Assembly: GCA_051362555.1 (NCBI GenBank)
Contig: CM120649.1
Coordinates: 2,852,001 to 2,916,000 of the forward strand
Source of the DNA: Lingula anatina
Taxonomy: Eukaryota; Animalia; Brachiopoda
Length of the DNA: 64,000 nt
Direction of reading: 5' to 3'
Both the position numbers and the translations under genes were made by a program. Shown here piece by piece: positions 28,186 through 41,640 of this stretch; the stretch's first letter is position 1; each line of letters opens with the position of its first letter. Below the pieces are notes generated by a model, which was not told where the DNA came from, searched no databases, and was given only the letters and a program-made list of their open reading frames with translations.

Positions 28186-28524
28186 AGCATAGATTTGGAT
28201 CTTGCACGACGATTGCGACCTTCGTTGCTTCTTGATGTGCGATCAGAAGAAATATTGACCCACAGAGCGAGTGTATCAACATCAAACTATGTTTAAAAAA
28301 GGGGTGTATAAAAACATTTGCATATATGCACATAATTAGAAGAACCAAGAAGGTTAATTCGACGTCCTTGGAACAACTGACCTTTTTTCTCTATTCTCGT
28401 TAGGTCGATTTCACGTGTGACTGCATGCTTGTCATGTGTGTACTTTCTTTAGAATCAAGTTGGGCATTGGATAAAAATCCACGTTAAAAATGTCGAATTA
28501 CTTCTGAACCTTATTTCTATCTCT

Positions 28525-28557
<33 letters not shown>

Positions 28558-29029
28558 TTCATCATTCCTGGTTCAACAAAGATTTGGAACACTTTAGCTT
28601 ACTCTGATCTGTTGCAGGGTTAAAATGCCCTCTACCTGGGTCACGGAGACAATTTAGTTCACTGGATATTCACAAAGGCCCTATATTCTTTTCGATATTC
28701 ACTAGCCAGCTGTGCTCATTTCTGTTTTCACAAGAAATTTTACACAACAAGTAGAGTACGTCATGACCCAGCTGGTAGTACGAAGATTCATGCGTTAGCA
28801 CCTTTTTTGAGCTAACAAATGGCAGATATAGGTGCACGTACGAGACTGTATACAATGGCGGTAAGCTACAGTAGTGCGTCCACCGTGCCGACTCCTGTGG
28901 AGTTATCTTGACTTCAGTACTAGTAGGCACAATTTTTTTAACTAAACGTTTGGATTAATTTTCAGGAAAATTCTTATGTGATAAGTGAATCTGGTCTGAG
29001 GAAACTGAGCCTCCCCCTGAGAGTCTGTC

Positions 29030-29168
29030 CTTGAATACATGAATATTTCCCCACGGGATATCTATTCAGACTCTATCCAGTGTCTAATAGCGGATAAGAC
29101 GGCAAGCTTTGTAGTGGGTCGTCATATTTGACCCTCGGACTAGTAAGTCCCCCATTCTGAATGGGGCC
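29030..29168. mobile_element. MITE family B, truncated
   Basis: Internal and right-TIR sequence matching the other B copies. Confidence 0.7.
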
Positions 29169-30054
29169 TTAGACCGTTCATCTAATTGCATCAGCGAGAG
29201 TCCCCGTGAAGTCAGCGCGCACTAGCTACTGCGTTCTAACTCATTGTGAACGGCAGATAGTGGAGCATTGAGGAACCAAATACCTTTGAAAACCAGGGTG
29301 TGAGACAGTCTGAAACAGGTGTGAGACAGTCTGAAACTTTTTTAACCCCATAGACTTGTAATTTGACTGTCCCTATAAGCTGCTAGAAACAAAATAGATC
29401 ACGACTATTAGGTTGATAAAGAAATGATGGATGAAATACAAATGGCGCCTATGGCAGGCAATGCAATTTAGTTCCTTCCAGACATCCGGCACCAATTTTT
29501 GAGATAACTTCATCATAAAATAAGCGCATCAATACAAGTCAGTCTTGATAATCTTTTAGTTAACGAACTGTGCAAAGGCCTGGAAATTACAAATGCACAT
29601 TTCTTCCTAGTTTTTAATGGCGTAAAAGCATATTTATGTGGCGGCAAGGACACAGCGGAAAAAATTTTCTGTCCAAAAATGAGGGATGATCTGTCTGTAT
29701 CCGAACCCCTTTTAGGAGAGCTTTAGGATTTGATTTGGTTCGGAACAAACCCGTTGTCAACCCCCCTCCCATTATAAGATTATCGAGATTGAATTGTATT
29801 GATGAGCTTATTTTATATCGCTCTATGTTGTAGAAAATAACATTCCTTTTCATTAACCTTAGTTTCTGTAACATGAAGGTAACATTCTACACATAGACGT
29901 AGGAGCCGGGGGTGGGCGGTGGGGAGTATACGTGTAGCTCTTTGCTTCCTCCCCCCCCCAGCCCCTTTTTTTAAACATGTCAGTCATAAGCGCATAAAAG
30001 GTTGAATTGGCCGAGAGAAATCCCACCCAACTCCCCTTGAACATCCGTCGCAAT

Positions 30055-30089
<35 letters not shown>

Positions 30090-32457
30090 GTGAATGGTTA
30101 GTCTACCGACACCGAGCCACCCATTTAAAATGTGTCTTTTGCCCCTGCCTCAGCTAGGCTACTTCATTTGAATGAAGCCATTTGCCAGGCAGCTTTTATC
30201 CAGGACCGTCCCAAGGACATTCTTATTATTTTAATACACCGAGGCCTGGACGGAGCGGGTCGATATGATATGACTTGATTGAGGCCATGAAGAAACAGAT
30301 TTAAGGTCCCTTGTTCATGAGCCAGTAACAGGGAGATGGGAATAATCGGATTGCCTTTGATTTCACAACTACCACATTTGTAGGCCTATCTGTTCAGTGC
30401 GTGTGCGTCGATGTGTGTGTGTATGTGTGTGTGTGTGTGTTTGAGAGAGAGAGAGAGAGAGAGAGCGGGAGAGTAGTAAGAAGGTTCTGTAATTTACCTG
30501 CAGCAAATTTTCAGTTAAACTTTCGTTCAGAAAATATGGCAACGGCAGTATACCCTTAACGCCCCCACCACCCCCGGCTTGTTTAACGAGACGGAAAATG
30601 TGTGGAGGGGTGCTAAGCACCATCTAGCACCATCGTCCTTTTGACATTTCTTGAGTTTTTTTATTTTTGCACAGTCTATGGCCAAACGTACCCGACAATA
30701 TCATCCGCCTGCTACAGGCGTCGAATACACTTAAACACGAAAACACTATTGAATGAAAACGTTCACGTCAATTCAACATTACCAACGTTGCCTAATTGGC
30801 TTCTCGGTAAAGATCAGCGGGTTCTTTTCTATTTAAAAACCATATGCCTTTTAGAGAGAGAGAGAGAGATGCACATGTCCCTGGAGTCTGTAGTCTACTG
30901 TCTAAAATTTACTCAATCCTTTTGCTACTGAAAACATCTTTTAAAACTTGATAACAATTCTTTCCAACGAATAACATACCTTCAGAGATTTAGGTAATAT
31001 GAACATACCACAGACACCCAAATTAAATGAGTTTACCAAAAATTGAAATACTTTGATTGAAAATAAGAAAAGCTTCTCTAAAATGCAATTTAATCATGGA
31101 ATCACCACTATAATACTGGCAACCAGAAACTAGAGCTTAAATAAGCACTAGTTTCTAGAATATAAAATCGTCTTTGAAAAGCTACAAGCAGTTGTGTCCG
31201 GTTGCCAGAATAGTTATTGAAAAATAAAAACAGCATTACTATCTTATTACCAGAAAATATTTAAGAAAACACTAGTTTCTGGTTGCCAGAATCGTTCTTG
31301 AAAAAAAATGACACTACATTCTTATTGCCAGAAAACCTCTTTAAAAAACGACACTAGTTTCTGGTTGCCACTCTTGTCTTTTTTTTTTTTTTTTTTTTTT
31401 TTTTGAAAAGCTCACTAGATACCCTACAAAAACTCTGATTATCTTCATAACACGAACGTACGTTGGCCAGCGCCATAACTCTGAAACGCAGGGTGCCAAT
31501 CATCTAATGATGGGATTGCTGCTAGTACTTTTAATTATACATAAGTAACTTTTAACTAAGTTGAAATACTGAGACTTAATGGGACACGAAGATACAGTGC
31601 TGGGCAGGACGGTATAAATGTCCACACGCGTTTAATAAATAATTATAATATATACTCTACATATAACGGACTGCAACACCTGCCAAGGAAAACCATTAAA
31701 TGAAAATAAGACGAAGAACAAGCTTCTCTTATAACCATGGCAGCGCCACTTAACTTTGGTAATAAAATCTCGTGGTCGCATTATTCCTGGAACATGATTA
31801 AAACCCAGAAGTACAAGACAAATAATAATTTCTCCATGGAAAGTTAAGTGAGAAAAGGATATGCAGATTGATATCCCAGAGCACTTGACCTCTGTACGTA
31901 ATTCTTCTCAGAACATTGTAACCTGACAAGAAAATTACACATTTAGACTAAACGTCTAGAGCTCTGGTCCCCTGCCGATTTCGTGATCATATTTCGCTAT
32001 TTTCGATCGGTGGTTCCAGGGTTTGATTAGGGACAGGGGTATTTAATCGAAGGATGTACATGTAGTAAAAAAAAAAAAAAAAAAAAACTAACCAGATAAA
32101 TAGATAAATAAATAAATATTTATATAAATGAATGAATGAATGAATGAATTGAATACTATTGAAAGATGGAATGAATAACCGAACACAGTAACGAATGAAC
32201 GGACAAACAGACACAGATAAATAAATAAATAAATAAATAAATAAATAGATAAATAAATAAATAGGAAGGGGCGCGTTCCTACTACACCGCTGCGTTGCCC
32301 ATGACCACATCATTTTCCAGTAGGTCCTGTCGTCTGAAAGTACGTTGTGGTGGTTTCTAGAAAAGACGGACCACAAGACAGGTATTGGGGACTTCAAAGG
32401 AAAGTTATATAGGTGATTAATTAAAAGATGAAGAATTCTAAACACAAAACCACTCAC

Positions 32458-32693
32458 TTCATTTTATCCGTGACGACTTCAAAGTAATCTCCAGTTGTCA
32501 AGGAAACTCCGGGAATGAACTGGATTTTTCCTTCTTCGTTCTGCCCATCTTCCCTCGCGCGACTGCAGCTCAGCCCCTCTTGCTCTGTTACACTCCAAAG
32601 ATCCGGTGAATGATCCGGTGGCTGATCCGGTGTCTGGCCTGGACTGGGCAGGTTTAAGTGGACTGTGGACGGCGACTGCTCGAGTCTTAACAT
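32458..32693 (-). CDS. Candidate alternative first coding exon A of an unidentified minus-strand gene (78 codons + 2 nt)
   Basis: aaaATG start; ORF MLRLEQSPSTVHLNLPSPGQTPDQPPDHSPDLWSVTEQEG...DYFEVVTDKM. GC-rich with coding-like composition. Ends at a consensus donor AA|GTGAGT, phase 2. Confidence 0.6.
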
Positions 32694-35600
32694 TTTAATG
32701 CAATATGTTCACGTAAAAAAAAACCGTCAAAATCTCATCTTATCAGTAAAGTTGAGTTTACGTTGCATTCCCACATCCGACGATTTAGATTTTCTTATTG
32801 CGATAAAACCAAGTCACGTGTAAATACCTTGAATCCAATTCCGTTTACGTTAATTAAGAAGTCCTTCGCCAACTGAAACATGTCGCACCCTAACTCTCAG
32901 AAACTAATATCAAACCTTTTCGGGATTCTGGGTTAGCTTGAAAACTAGTAGGCTACGCTTATTTCTCTCTGTATTACAGTTCATAAAACGTGTGCATTCA
33001 CACAAGAAACAGACCAGAATAGGTTGTGAAACGAACTATCTGCACCCTGGTTTCAGAAACGCTTGTTGCTTTCCTATTTTGGTGATCTCTGTGCTTTGAA
33101 ATACAAGTCTCAAGCAGTCCGTTCAAGGATCGTCAGGGGCAAATTTAGCTTGGGTTATACACACGTGTGTTTGGTGGTGGAAGACTGATTGAAAAATTGG
33201 ACCCACCTCAACACATCTAGACGCGCCTTTGTTATTCACTAAGGTGGCCTGATGCTGGGCTGACGACTGTGGAAATCGACTTGCTGATTGCGACAGAAGA
33301 ACCACTTTCGGAGACTGTTTCGCATTTGCCAATACAGCTAGTAGATCACATTTCCCTTGGTTATAACTGCCGGTAGTTACACTTCACTGTGCCAGTCGGT
33401 TATTGATACGAAACGATTTCAGTAGGTTTTGAGAATTTTTTATACAAAATGTTAAGCTTTTGGCTTGAACTTCACATTTGACTGACAACAAGGGTGAAAG
33501 TACAATTTTTCCAACCAACTCTTCTGTCACTCAGATAAATGTCCTGGATAAAGTCTGTTAAAAATGAACCAGCTTCCTTCTCTCTAACTATCCCGTTTCT
33601 TACTTACTTTTAAGGACCAGCGAATATCAATATTGATGAAATAACCCTGTATGTGTATTCAATCAAATTAACACGTTCTGTGCGCAGCGCCATCTGTAAT
33701 AGTGATCGTTTTAGGTCCCCAGAGGTCGGTTGGACACTATGGCACCTTGCAAACCTCATCATCTCGAGAAGAAACGACATTAAAGCCATACAATAAGCAT
33801 TACACCCCTTCATATTATATGCCATTGTCCTGGAAATTTCATCATTTTTATTTAATAACCGATGTACACCATAAAAAAGTTGAAATTTGAGGTCTATAAA
33901 CTTGATTTTGAGGTCTAGTAGGCCTATGGATAAAGGAGACTGGTGAATTTCACTCTTGACCGTTAAAATTAGAAATAAAGAATTCAAGAGCTGGTATAGA
34001 GACTTAAACTTTCTCAACGGTTTTTGATAAGGTGTATCTTGTTGATTAAGGGATATTTCCTGAAATTTCCAGTCGATATTTTGTTCTTCTCCTTCTGCTT
34101 TTTCTATTTTTTTTCCTTTTATTGCTATAAAAAAATTCAAAGCACATTGCATGCCTTAACGTTTAGATGTTTCTCTGGTAATTTCTTGTTAGTAGGCCTA
34201 AGTCAACTATAATGAGTTTACCAGTCGGAATATGTAGGCATGATTTAAGATGATATCTGACAGGCCTCTGGCAAAGTGTCCGCTTTGTTCAAAGAAATCG
34301 ATTTCATTGCGCATGCCCCCTTTTCACAACGGTGGATCATGGGAAGGGGCACAGTGGGTCACGTGTCATTTTTCTTTCCAAAGTAAACAATATAACTAGT
34401 GAAACGAGATAACACCGAATAAAAGACATATCTGTCAATATATAATTTGATCGATCGCACATTCAAGGTTGAAGTGGATGACCGCTGATAACATGCTATA
34501 AATCAAAGAAAGCATGAAGAACGTCTTTATGCCAAGGTTATTATTAAATGATATTGTTCTCAGTTTTTATTGCTATTTTTATTAATGTTATTAAATGAAG
34601 AGATTACCGGAACTTCTTCTATAGCCATAGTTTGTGATATTGAGGCAAGTTTCCGATGGCTCTTGAAACTTAAGTTCAGGGTAAGATGTGTCCTGTCTAC
34701 ATGTATAGTCCAAGTAAACATGTTTCCGAGCGTATACATTCAGTGTGCGTTTTGGAAAAAGATGTATGGTACCGTTGTTTTACCACTTTAAGAAAAGGAA
34801 AATAAACACTTTTTGTTACATGTTCTCCAAAAGATTTATTCGTAATTTCTGATTTGATTCACTTACTTGCACTCTTTGACTCAATTACATTTGCAAATTC
34901 CATAAGTAAAATTCATTCCATGAAATAAGCAAAATTAAATTTCTTTCTATAACTTATCTTTATTACGACTGACACTTTTGTGCTTTAAACTTTGTGATTC
35001 AAACCTCGCGTTGGTACTACAATAAAAAAAAAACGATTATTTTACTTCCACACAATGCCAATTTGGCCTACGAATGCGAGTACGATTTGACCGCCGGCGA
35101 AAATACAGAGCGTCCGTTTTTCAATGATCCATGCGTTACGCGTTGGCAAAATTACTCTATTAGGCCACTATTGAATTGGTTCGGGAAAGCGTTTTCGTAT
35201 ACGCCTTAAAGAAAGGAAATAAATCAACTTGCTGCATCGCCGTAGTTTTTGTGATAACAGAGTGAGGCCAATCTTTTAAAGGCATACAGTAAATGCGCTC
35301 TACGTGTTGGTATAGCAAAATAATGATTTTCCCTAAAATTTCAGCAATTACTCCTATATCACCAAAGTACACCATATGTGAAACCGTTCCGAAAATTATA
35401 GTCTGTAAATCAATTTGAGAGATTTGAGTTTCTTATTTTTCCAGCCACGAGTAAAATTCACCATTTTCTATTTACATTACGAGATCGACGCAAGAACTAG
35501 AAATTTAGAAATGAAATAGCTTTATTGATTGGTGTGACATGAACGGTTTTGGATATGGTATACGCTGGTAATTAAGGCAGATATGTTGAAATTTCCAGAA

Positions 35601-36867
35601 ATTTTAAAATTGTTTATATAAGGGTGTAATGCTTATTGTGTGACTATAATCCAGCGTTCAGTGTCGTCGTTTCATAACTACAGAATTAAAGGTGTTGCTG
35701 CCACAACGACTATCGATATATTTATAATCCGTGCTATTTTTGGCGTTGTGAACGTTTGCACCCAAAGATTAAGTTAAATCGTATTTGCTTCAGAAATCAC
35801 AGCCAAGAAACAAAGCGACCATGAACTTTTCCAGCCCCCCATATATCATTCTTTATCAAAAACTACTTTATTGCATTGTTTCTGGATGGTAATGGACGCG
35901 GACGAGAGTCTTTGATATTGCTTTCTTTCCCTGACCAGAAAATTCATTAACTGGCCCATTTGTCATTGAAATTTCTTCAATCTGCCTTTGATGTTAAGTA
36001 TTGCTACAAGCTAAAACTCTTCCGGTTATTTCTTTTTACCATTAATACTTCCTGAACCAAACCATTTCTGTTTTAAAGACGATTAAGTTAGGCGATTTTT
36101 GGCGAAATTATTTCGTTTTCAAAATATGTTTTATCCGGTCTTTCTTGTTATACTTGTCGCAGTCGCGATTTATAGATTTGATGGGCTTTTTATTTACTAT
36201 TCAATCCAATTAGAAAATAAAACGTTTATCGCGATGCTGTTCATTAGAAATTCACTCAATTTTGACGATAAACACACGTATTGCTTGCACATCTTTATGT
36301 CCATTAATAATGTTAAAAGGACCAGATAACAATGTACAAGTATAGTGTATCGTAGAGCTATTCACCAAAAATGGCTTAATATTTAAGCATGCAGATACAT
36401 GTAGTTAGCTTTCTCCATATCGTGCGCAGTATAGACCTCTTACATGAAACTTAAGTGATATGTGTTAAGTTAATAACAATAATGGACTATTTGTGTGACA
36501 TTGATCACTGTATTCAACGCTGAACACGCTATCACCCGAGCTGTCAGAGGGCCCAGGGAACTTGACTCTGCACAATCACCTGCAAAGCCTGTTTAACTTC
36601 AAATTTTATTCTTTTTACGTTGTGACAAAACTAAGAAAGGTAGATTCATGAAGTTTTCGGCATTTATTAAAAACATCACTTTTGCTTAAATATGCGACAT
36701 TTCATTGCAACATCTTTCCGAATGAATGAAGACATCCATCTTGATCTTACGAAACATACAATCATGAAAAAAAATCACCGATACGCAGCTCAGGCACCTT
36801 AATTTGTCGAGTTGACTGTCAAAGATAATCCATTAAGATGCTTACTCTGTGATAGATAGGATTTCCA

Positions 36868-36901
<34 letters not shown>

Positions 36902-37062
36902 AAGGTTGAGACTTTCGTTTGTGTGTTGAATCAAGTGCCGCTGGCCTAGCCCTGCGTACCAAAGTTGCATATACTTTATTCTAATTACTATTTCTGGAAA
37001 CAAGGGACTTGGGCATTTGCATGCTAATAGTGCAGGTTAGATAACACTACCATCTGAAACAC

Positions 37063-37187
37063 TACCCTCTACCAGGGTGGCAGATTGTATAGGGAAAAAC
37101 GGAAAAGACCCAGACCAAAGTGACTGTCTATTTATCTAGATACATATATCTGTGAAAAATCAATATGTAAAGCCCTGGTAGAGGGTA
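37063..37187. mobile_element. MITE with 9-bp TSD (Mutator-like), TIR taccctctaccaggg
   Basis: Flanks ctgaaacac / ttgaaacac; TIRs at both ends. Confidence 0.75.
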
Positions 37188-38352
37188 TTGAAACACAGGG
37201 TATAGAGCCGGCCTGCATTGATGTGGCTATCTAGGCCAAGAGTACACCTGGGGGAGGGTGGATAAAATTGCCATTAACGTTATTGAAAAATCTACTTTGA
37301 TCGTTCCATGATTACGTCTGTTCCATTTTTTAGTACAAACAGTAGATAACTCATAAAAAATTCAATTTTGAACCTATAACAGTATAGTGTCCCATTGTTA
37401 TAATTGTCAGTTAAAGATGTAACCGTTTTAACTTTTATTAAAGATGCCGAACAAAATCGTCGGTATTTTTTTTTCTTATCACAAATATCGACTGAAAACG
37501 TAAGAAATGCCTGATACATGGTAATTGTCATTAACTGCTCAGTTAAGTTAAGGCAATGGACGTGTTTCTGCCCAGGGCATCAACAGATATCTATTTATCT
37601 ATATGGGAGGGTACGGTGAGTCACGTGCACCCTGCCCCCTAGTTTCAGAAAACACTCACCCCTAACCCTACCCCTAAAAATTCAAACAAACGAAACGAGG
37701 CAAAATCGTGACTTTTTTCATCTCTTTGCCCAACGTAACGGCATGAAAGGTACAGTGTATGGTAGACGTAGGAATGGAAGTCCGATGTACCATATGATTA
37801 GCACAGGTTGGGGTTAGTTGGGAGTATTGGGGTTAGTATGTGGGACGAATGTCACCTGTACAAAGTGATGGGGAACGAACTGCGGCTCCTAGCGGACTAC
37901 CATTCCTGCCACGCCGGTAAATTTAAAAGTAAAAATGTCCTTGTTCACTAATTTGCACTTGCTGAATGAGGGAAGCTTCTTAGAAAATTCTATGCCCCCC
38001 CTTTACCAAAACCCTTTATCTGCCAGTTGTGGATTGATATTTGTACCTTCAAGGATAAGGGTGATTTGATTGACATTAATCTTGAAGATGGATTTTATCG
38101 ATCGCACATCCACGGTTAAAGTGGATGACCGAAGACGCAAATCTAACATGAAAATGGAAGTCTTTATGTACTAGCTGGCCTACCAGGTCATTGTTGAATT
38201 GTTCTCCTGAATGTAGAATCTACCAAACTTGTATTTTTTAATTTATCAAAGCAAATTAGCAATATGTTCTTTTTTCATATGAACCTATGGATTAATCATT
38301 TTATGATCATTTGCTGTGTAAAAAATAATAGATAGGCCTAACCACAAGTGTC

Positions 38353-38398
<46 letters not shown>

Positions 38399-39242
38399 CA
38401 ATGGAATTTCCATACAAACAGAAAAGACAGCTAAAAAGAATTTTTTAAAATCTGGAAAACATGTGCGGCTACATCATTTCTAATGAATCAGCAAGGAAAA
38501 TTGGTCTCGAAAATGCGATGTTGCCACCCCCTGCGTCTGAGAAAATTATTGAAAATTACCTGAATTTTGGAATCAATTTTTCACATTGTTCAGAATCCTA
38601 ATTATAATTTATCAGATACGGCATTTTCTGTTGTGTTCCTTTCCTAGTCCTACATTGATAGAATCCCACTATATGTGTGTGTCTTTGCTTTTCACCTGCT
38701 AAGGCCACACTTTTTTAATTTTATGGATGACATCCTGCGCGCGCACCGATTTTCGTCCGTTCTCCAAAAAAAAAAAAAAAAAATCCCCCCCCCCCCCCCA
38801 AGGAAGTCGGTTGTCGCAAACGTCGCTATTGAATTTGCCGGAAAATGCAATCGGCAATCCTCGGCTAATTCCGCAAGCTCCATGCTGTCATTGTCGACTG
38901 CGGAGATATCCGAGTAGTTCCGAGTGCGGAAAATAAGCTTTCTGCGCATGCGTATTATCACCACGTGGAAATATGGCCGCTTTGCCGTCAAGTTCATCTC
39001 TAGCATTAATTTCAAAATACACGACAATTAAAGTCATAAAGAGAACGGGGGTCGTCGTTTTGGATTGGTTTGCCATTGATATTGGACATGGAGATATCAC
39101 ATTTTTACAATTATACGAAAGGCTAGCCGCGGCCAGCGATCATCGCCCGGAAAATTTCAGTGACATTCTGGCCAGCGATCATCGCCCGGAAAATTTCAGT
39201 GACATTCTGTCCAAAGCAGCACATAGGCTTACCAGTTTTTTT

Positions 39243-40640
39243 TTTATGTACAGACACAGATGTGTCTGTACATATTGCCATCACCTGCGTCTGTCGTCGC
39301 CGTCGCCGATGCCGATGGCGATGCCGATGCCGATGCCGATGCCGATGCCGTCGCCGGCGCCGTGCACTTTCCTTGTAAACACGATAAGTGGAAGGCAGTT
39401 TCACTTTTTGGCTTTATATTTACAGAGCTGATGAATATTCATAAAACGCAGGTCAAGTTCGAAAATCAGCATGATCGGGCCATTATTGTAGAAGTTATGC
39501 TGTTTTTTCACTTTTCAGCATATATGCAACCTTGTAAACACATTTCAAGGAAAACCGTTAGGCTTGTTGTCACGAAACTCACAGGAGTAATCAATCTTAC
39601 TAAAACGCAGGTCAAGTTCGAAAATCAGCATGATCTGGCCACTATTTTAGTAGTTATGCGGTTTTTTCATTGTTCAGCATATATGCAACACTGTAAACAC
39701 AATATAAGAAAAACAGAAAGCCCAATTGTCATTAAACTCACAGGAATGGTCAGTCTTACTAAAACGCAGGTTGAGTTAGAAAATCAGCATAATCGGGGCA
39801 TTATTTTAGAAGTTATGCTGTTTTTTCACATTTCCTCAGATTTCCTCAGATTTAATTCTTAGGCATCTTAAAAGCCTTATTATTTAAGTAATAAGATACG
39901 TAAAAGTGTTTGTTTGACATTTCCTGCATCTTTACAACATTGTTAGTTGATTATATAAAAATGATGGTAAACTTGTTATCATGTATTGTGTAATCAAGTG
40001 TCAAAAACGGAAATAAACTCATATCATTGCAGTTTGTCAGATTCAATCATCCACTATGTTCAGAATCTCAGAATGGAGGAAATTGGACATTTAACACTGT
40101 TCTATTGATACTTTTCTCATCTCATCAATTTTCTTAGTTGGTCATAAAAAAATGGCAGTAAAATGTTTATTTTGTTTTATGTTAAAAAAGTGTTAAAAAC
40201 GGAAATAAACCCATGTCAGAACAGTGCTGTCTTGTTTCACATTTCCTCAGATTCAATTCTTAGGCATGTTAACAGTCTCATTATTTAACTAATAAGACAT
40301 GTTAAAGTGTTTGGTTGACATTTCCTGTATCTTTACAACATTATTAGTTGATTATGTAAAACTGAAGGTAAACTTGTTATCATGTATTGTGTAATAAAGT
40401 TTCAAAAATGGAAATAAACTCATATCATTGCAGTTTGTCAGATGCAATCATTCACTATGTTTAGAATCTCAGAATGGAGGAAATTGGACATTTAACACTG
40501 TTGTATTTATATTTTTCCCATCTCATCAATTTTCTTAGTTGATCATATAAAGATGGCAATAACCTGTTAATTTTGTTTTATGTTAAAAAAATTGTTAAAA
40601 ATGGAAAACAAAAACATTTCAGAACAGTGCTGTCTTGTTT
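39243..40640 (+). mobile_element. Helentron-associated (HINE/DINE-1-like) element with a duplicated 3' half
   Basis: 5' hairpin tgtacagacaca-ga-tgtgtctgtaca, a (GCCGAT)n microsatellite and internal ~120-bp tandem units. The 3' palindrome + cttgtt terminus occurs twice (about 40236 and 40640). Confidence 0.75.
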
Positions 40641-40886
40641 ACATTTTGGCATTTTCAAGTTGTGACTTTGAAGTTCCATATGGGCCTGAAGACCTTTGCT
40701 AGTCACATTTTCTGAATATCCATGATACTAATATTTTATTATTAAAATTGATGGTCATTATGCTGTTAAACATTATGTAATATTGCATCAAAATTTGAAA
40801 AAAAAACTATTTTGGGCACTGCTCCCATGATGACCATTTAAGAAAAACAATGTCACTTACTGTTCTCAAACAGTACAGTAAATATG

Positions 40887-41640
40887 AACAGATGTGTCTG
40901 TACATATTGCCATCACCTGTATCTGCCGTCGCCGCCGTCACTGTCGCCGGCGCTGGCGCCGTGCACTTTCATTGTAAACATGATAAGTGGAAGGCAGTTT
41001 TACTTTTTGGCTGTATGTTTACAGAGCTGATGAATATTCATAAAACGCAGGTCAAGTTCGAAAATCAGCATGATCGGGCCATTTTAAGGGAAGTTATGCT
41101 GTTTTTTAACTTTTCAGCATATATGCAACACTGTAAACACATTTCAAGGAAAACTGATAGGCCTGTTGTCATGAAACTCACAGGAGTAATCGATCTTATT
41201 ATAACGCAGGTCAGGTTCGAAAATCGGCATGATTGGGCCACTGTTTTAGTAGTTATGCTTTTTTCTTCACTTTTCAGCATATATGCAACACAGTAAATAC
41301 AATATAAGAAAAACAGATGGGCCAATTGTCATGAAACTCACAGGAGTGGTCATTCCTGCTAAAACGCAGGTTGAGTTCAAAAATCAGCTTAATCGGGCCA
41401 TTATTTCAAAGAAATGCCGTTTTTTCACATTTCCTCAGATTCATTTCTTAGGCATGTTAACAGTTTCATTATTTAATTAATAAGATACTTAAAAGTGTTT
41501 GTTTGGCATTTCCTGCATCTTTACAACATTATTAGTTGATTATGTAAAAATGATGGTAAACTTGTTATCGTGTATTGTGTAATAAAGTTTCAAAAATGGA
41601 AATAAACTCATATCATTGCAGTTTGTCAGATTCAGTCATT
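40887..41640 (+). mobile_element. Second, truncated copy of the HINE-like element
   Basis: Colinear with 39257 onward; lacks both termini. Confidence 0.75.

Noticed and set aside
33610-34152. 180-aa minus-strand ORF
   Set aside because: AT-rich, no recognisable domain, no clear splice context. The region appears to be decayed repeat (part matches about 35620 in inverted orientation).
37659-37680. ccctaaccctaccccta telomere-like motif
   Set aside because: Only about three imperfect units; typical of DNA-transposon internal sequence, not an interstitial telomere.
39260-39862. 200-aa ORF (and related ORFs 38973-39431, 40850-41296, 41283-41480)
   Set aside because: Lies in the microsatellite and tandem units of a non-coding HINE-like element; frames are broken in the other copies.
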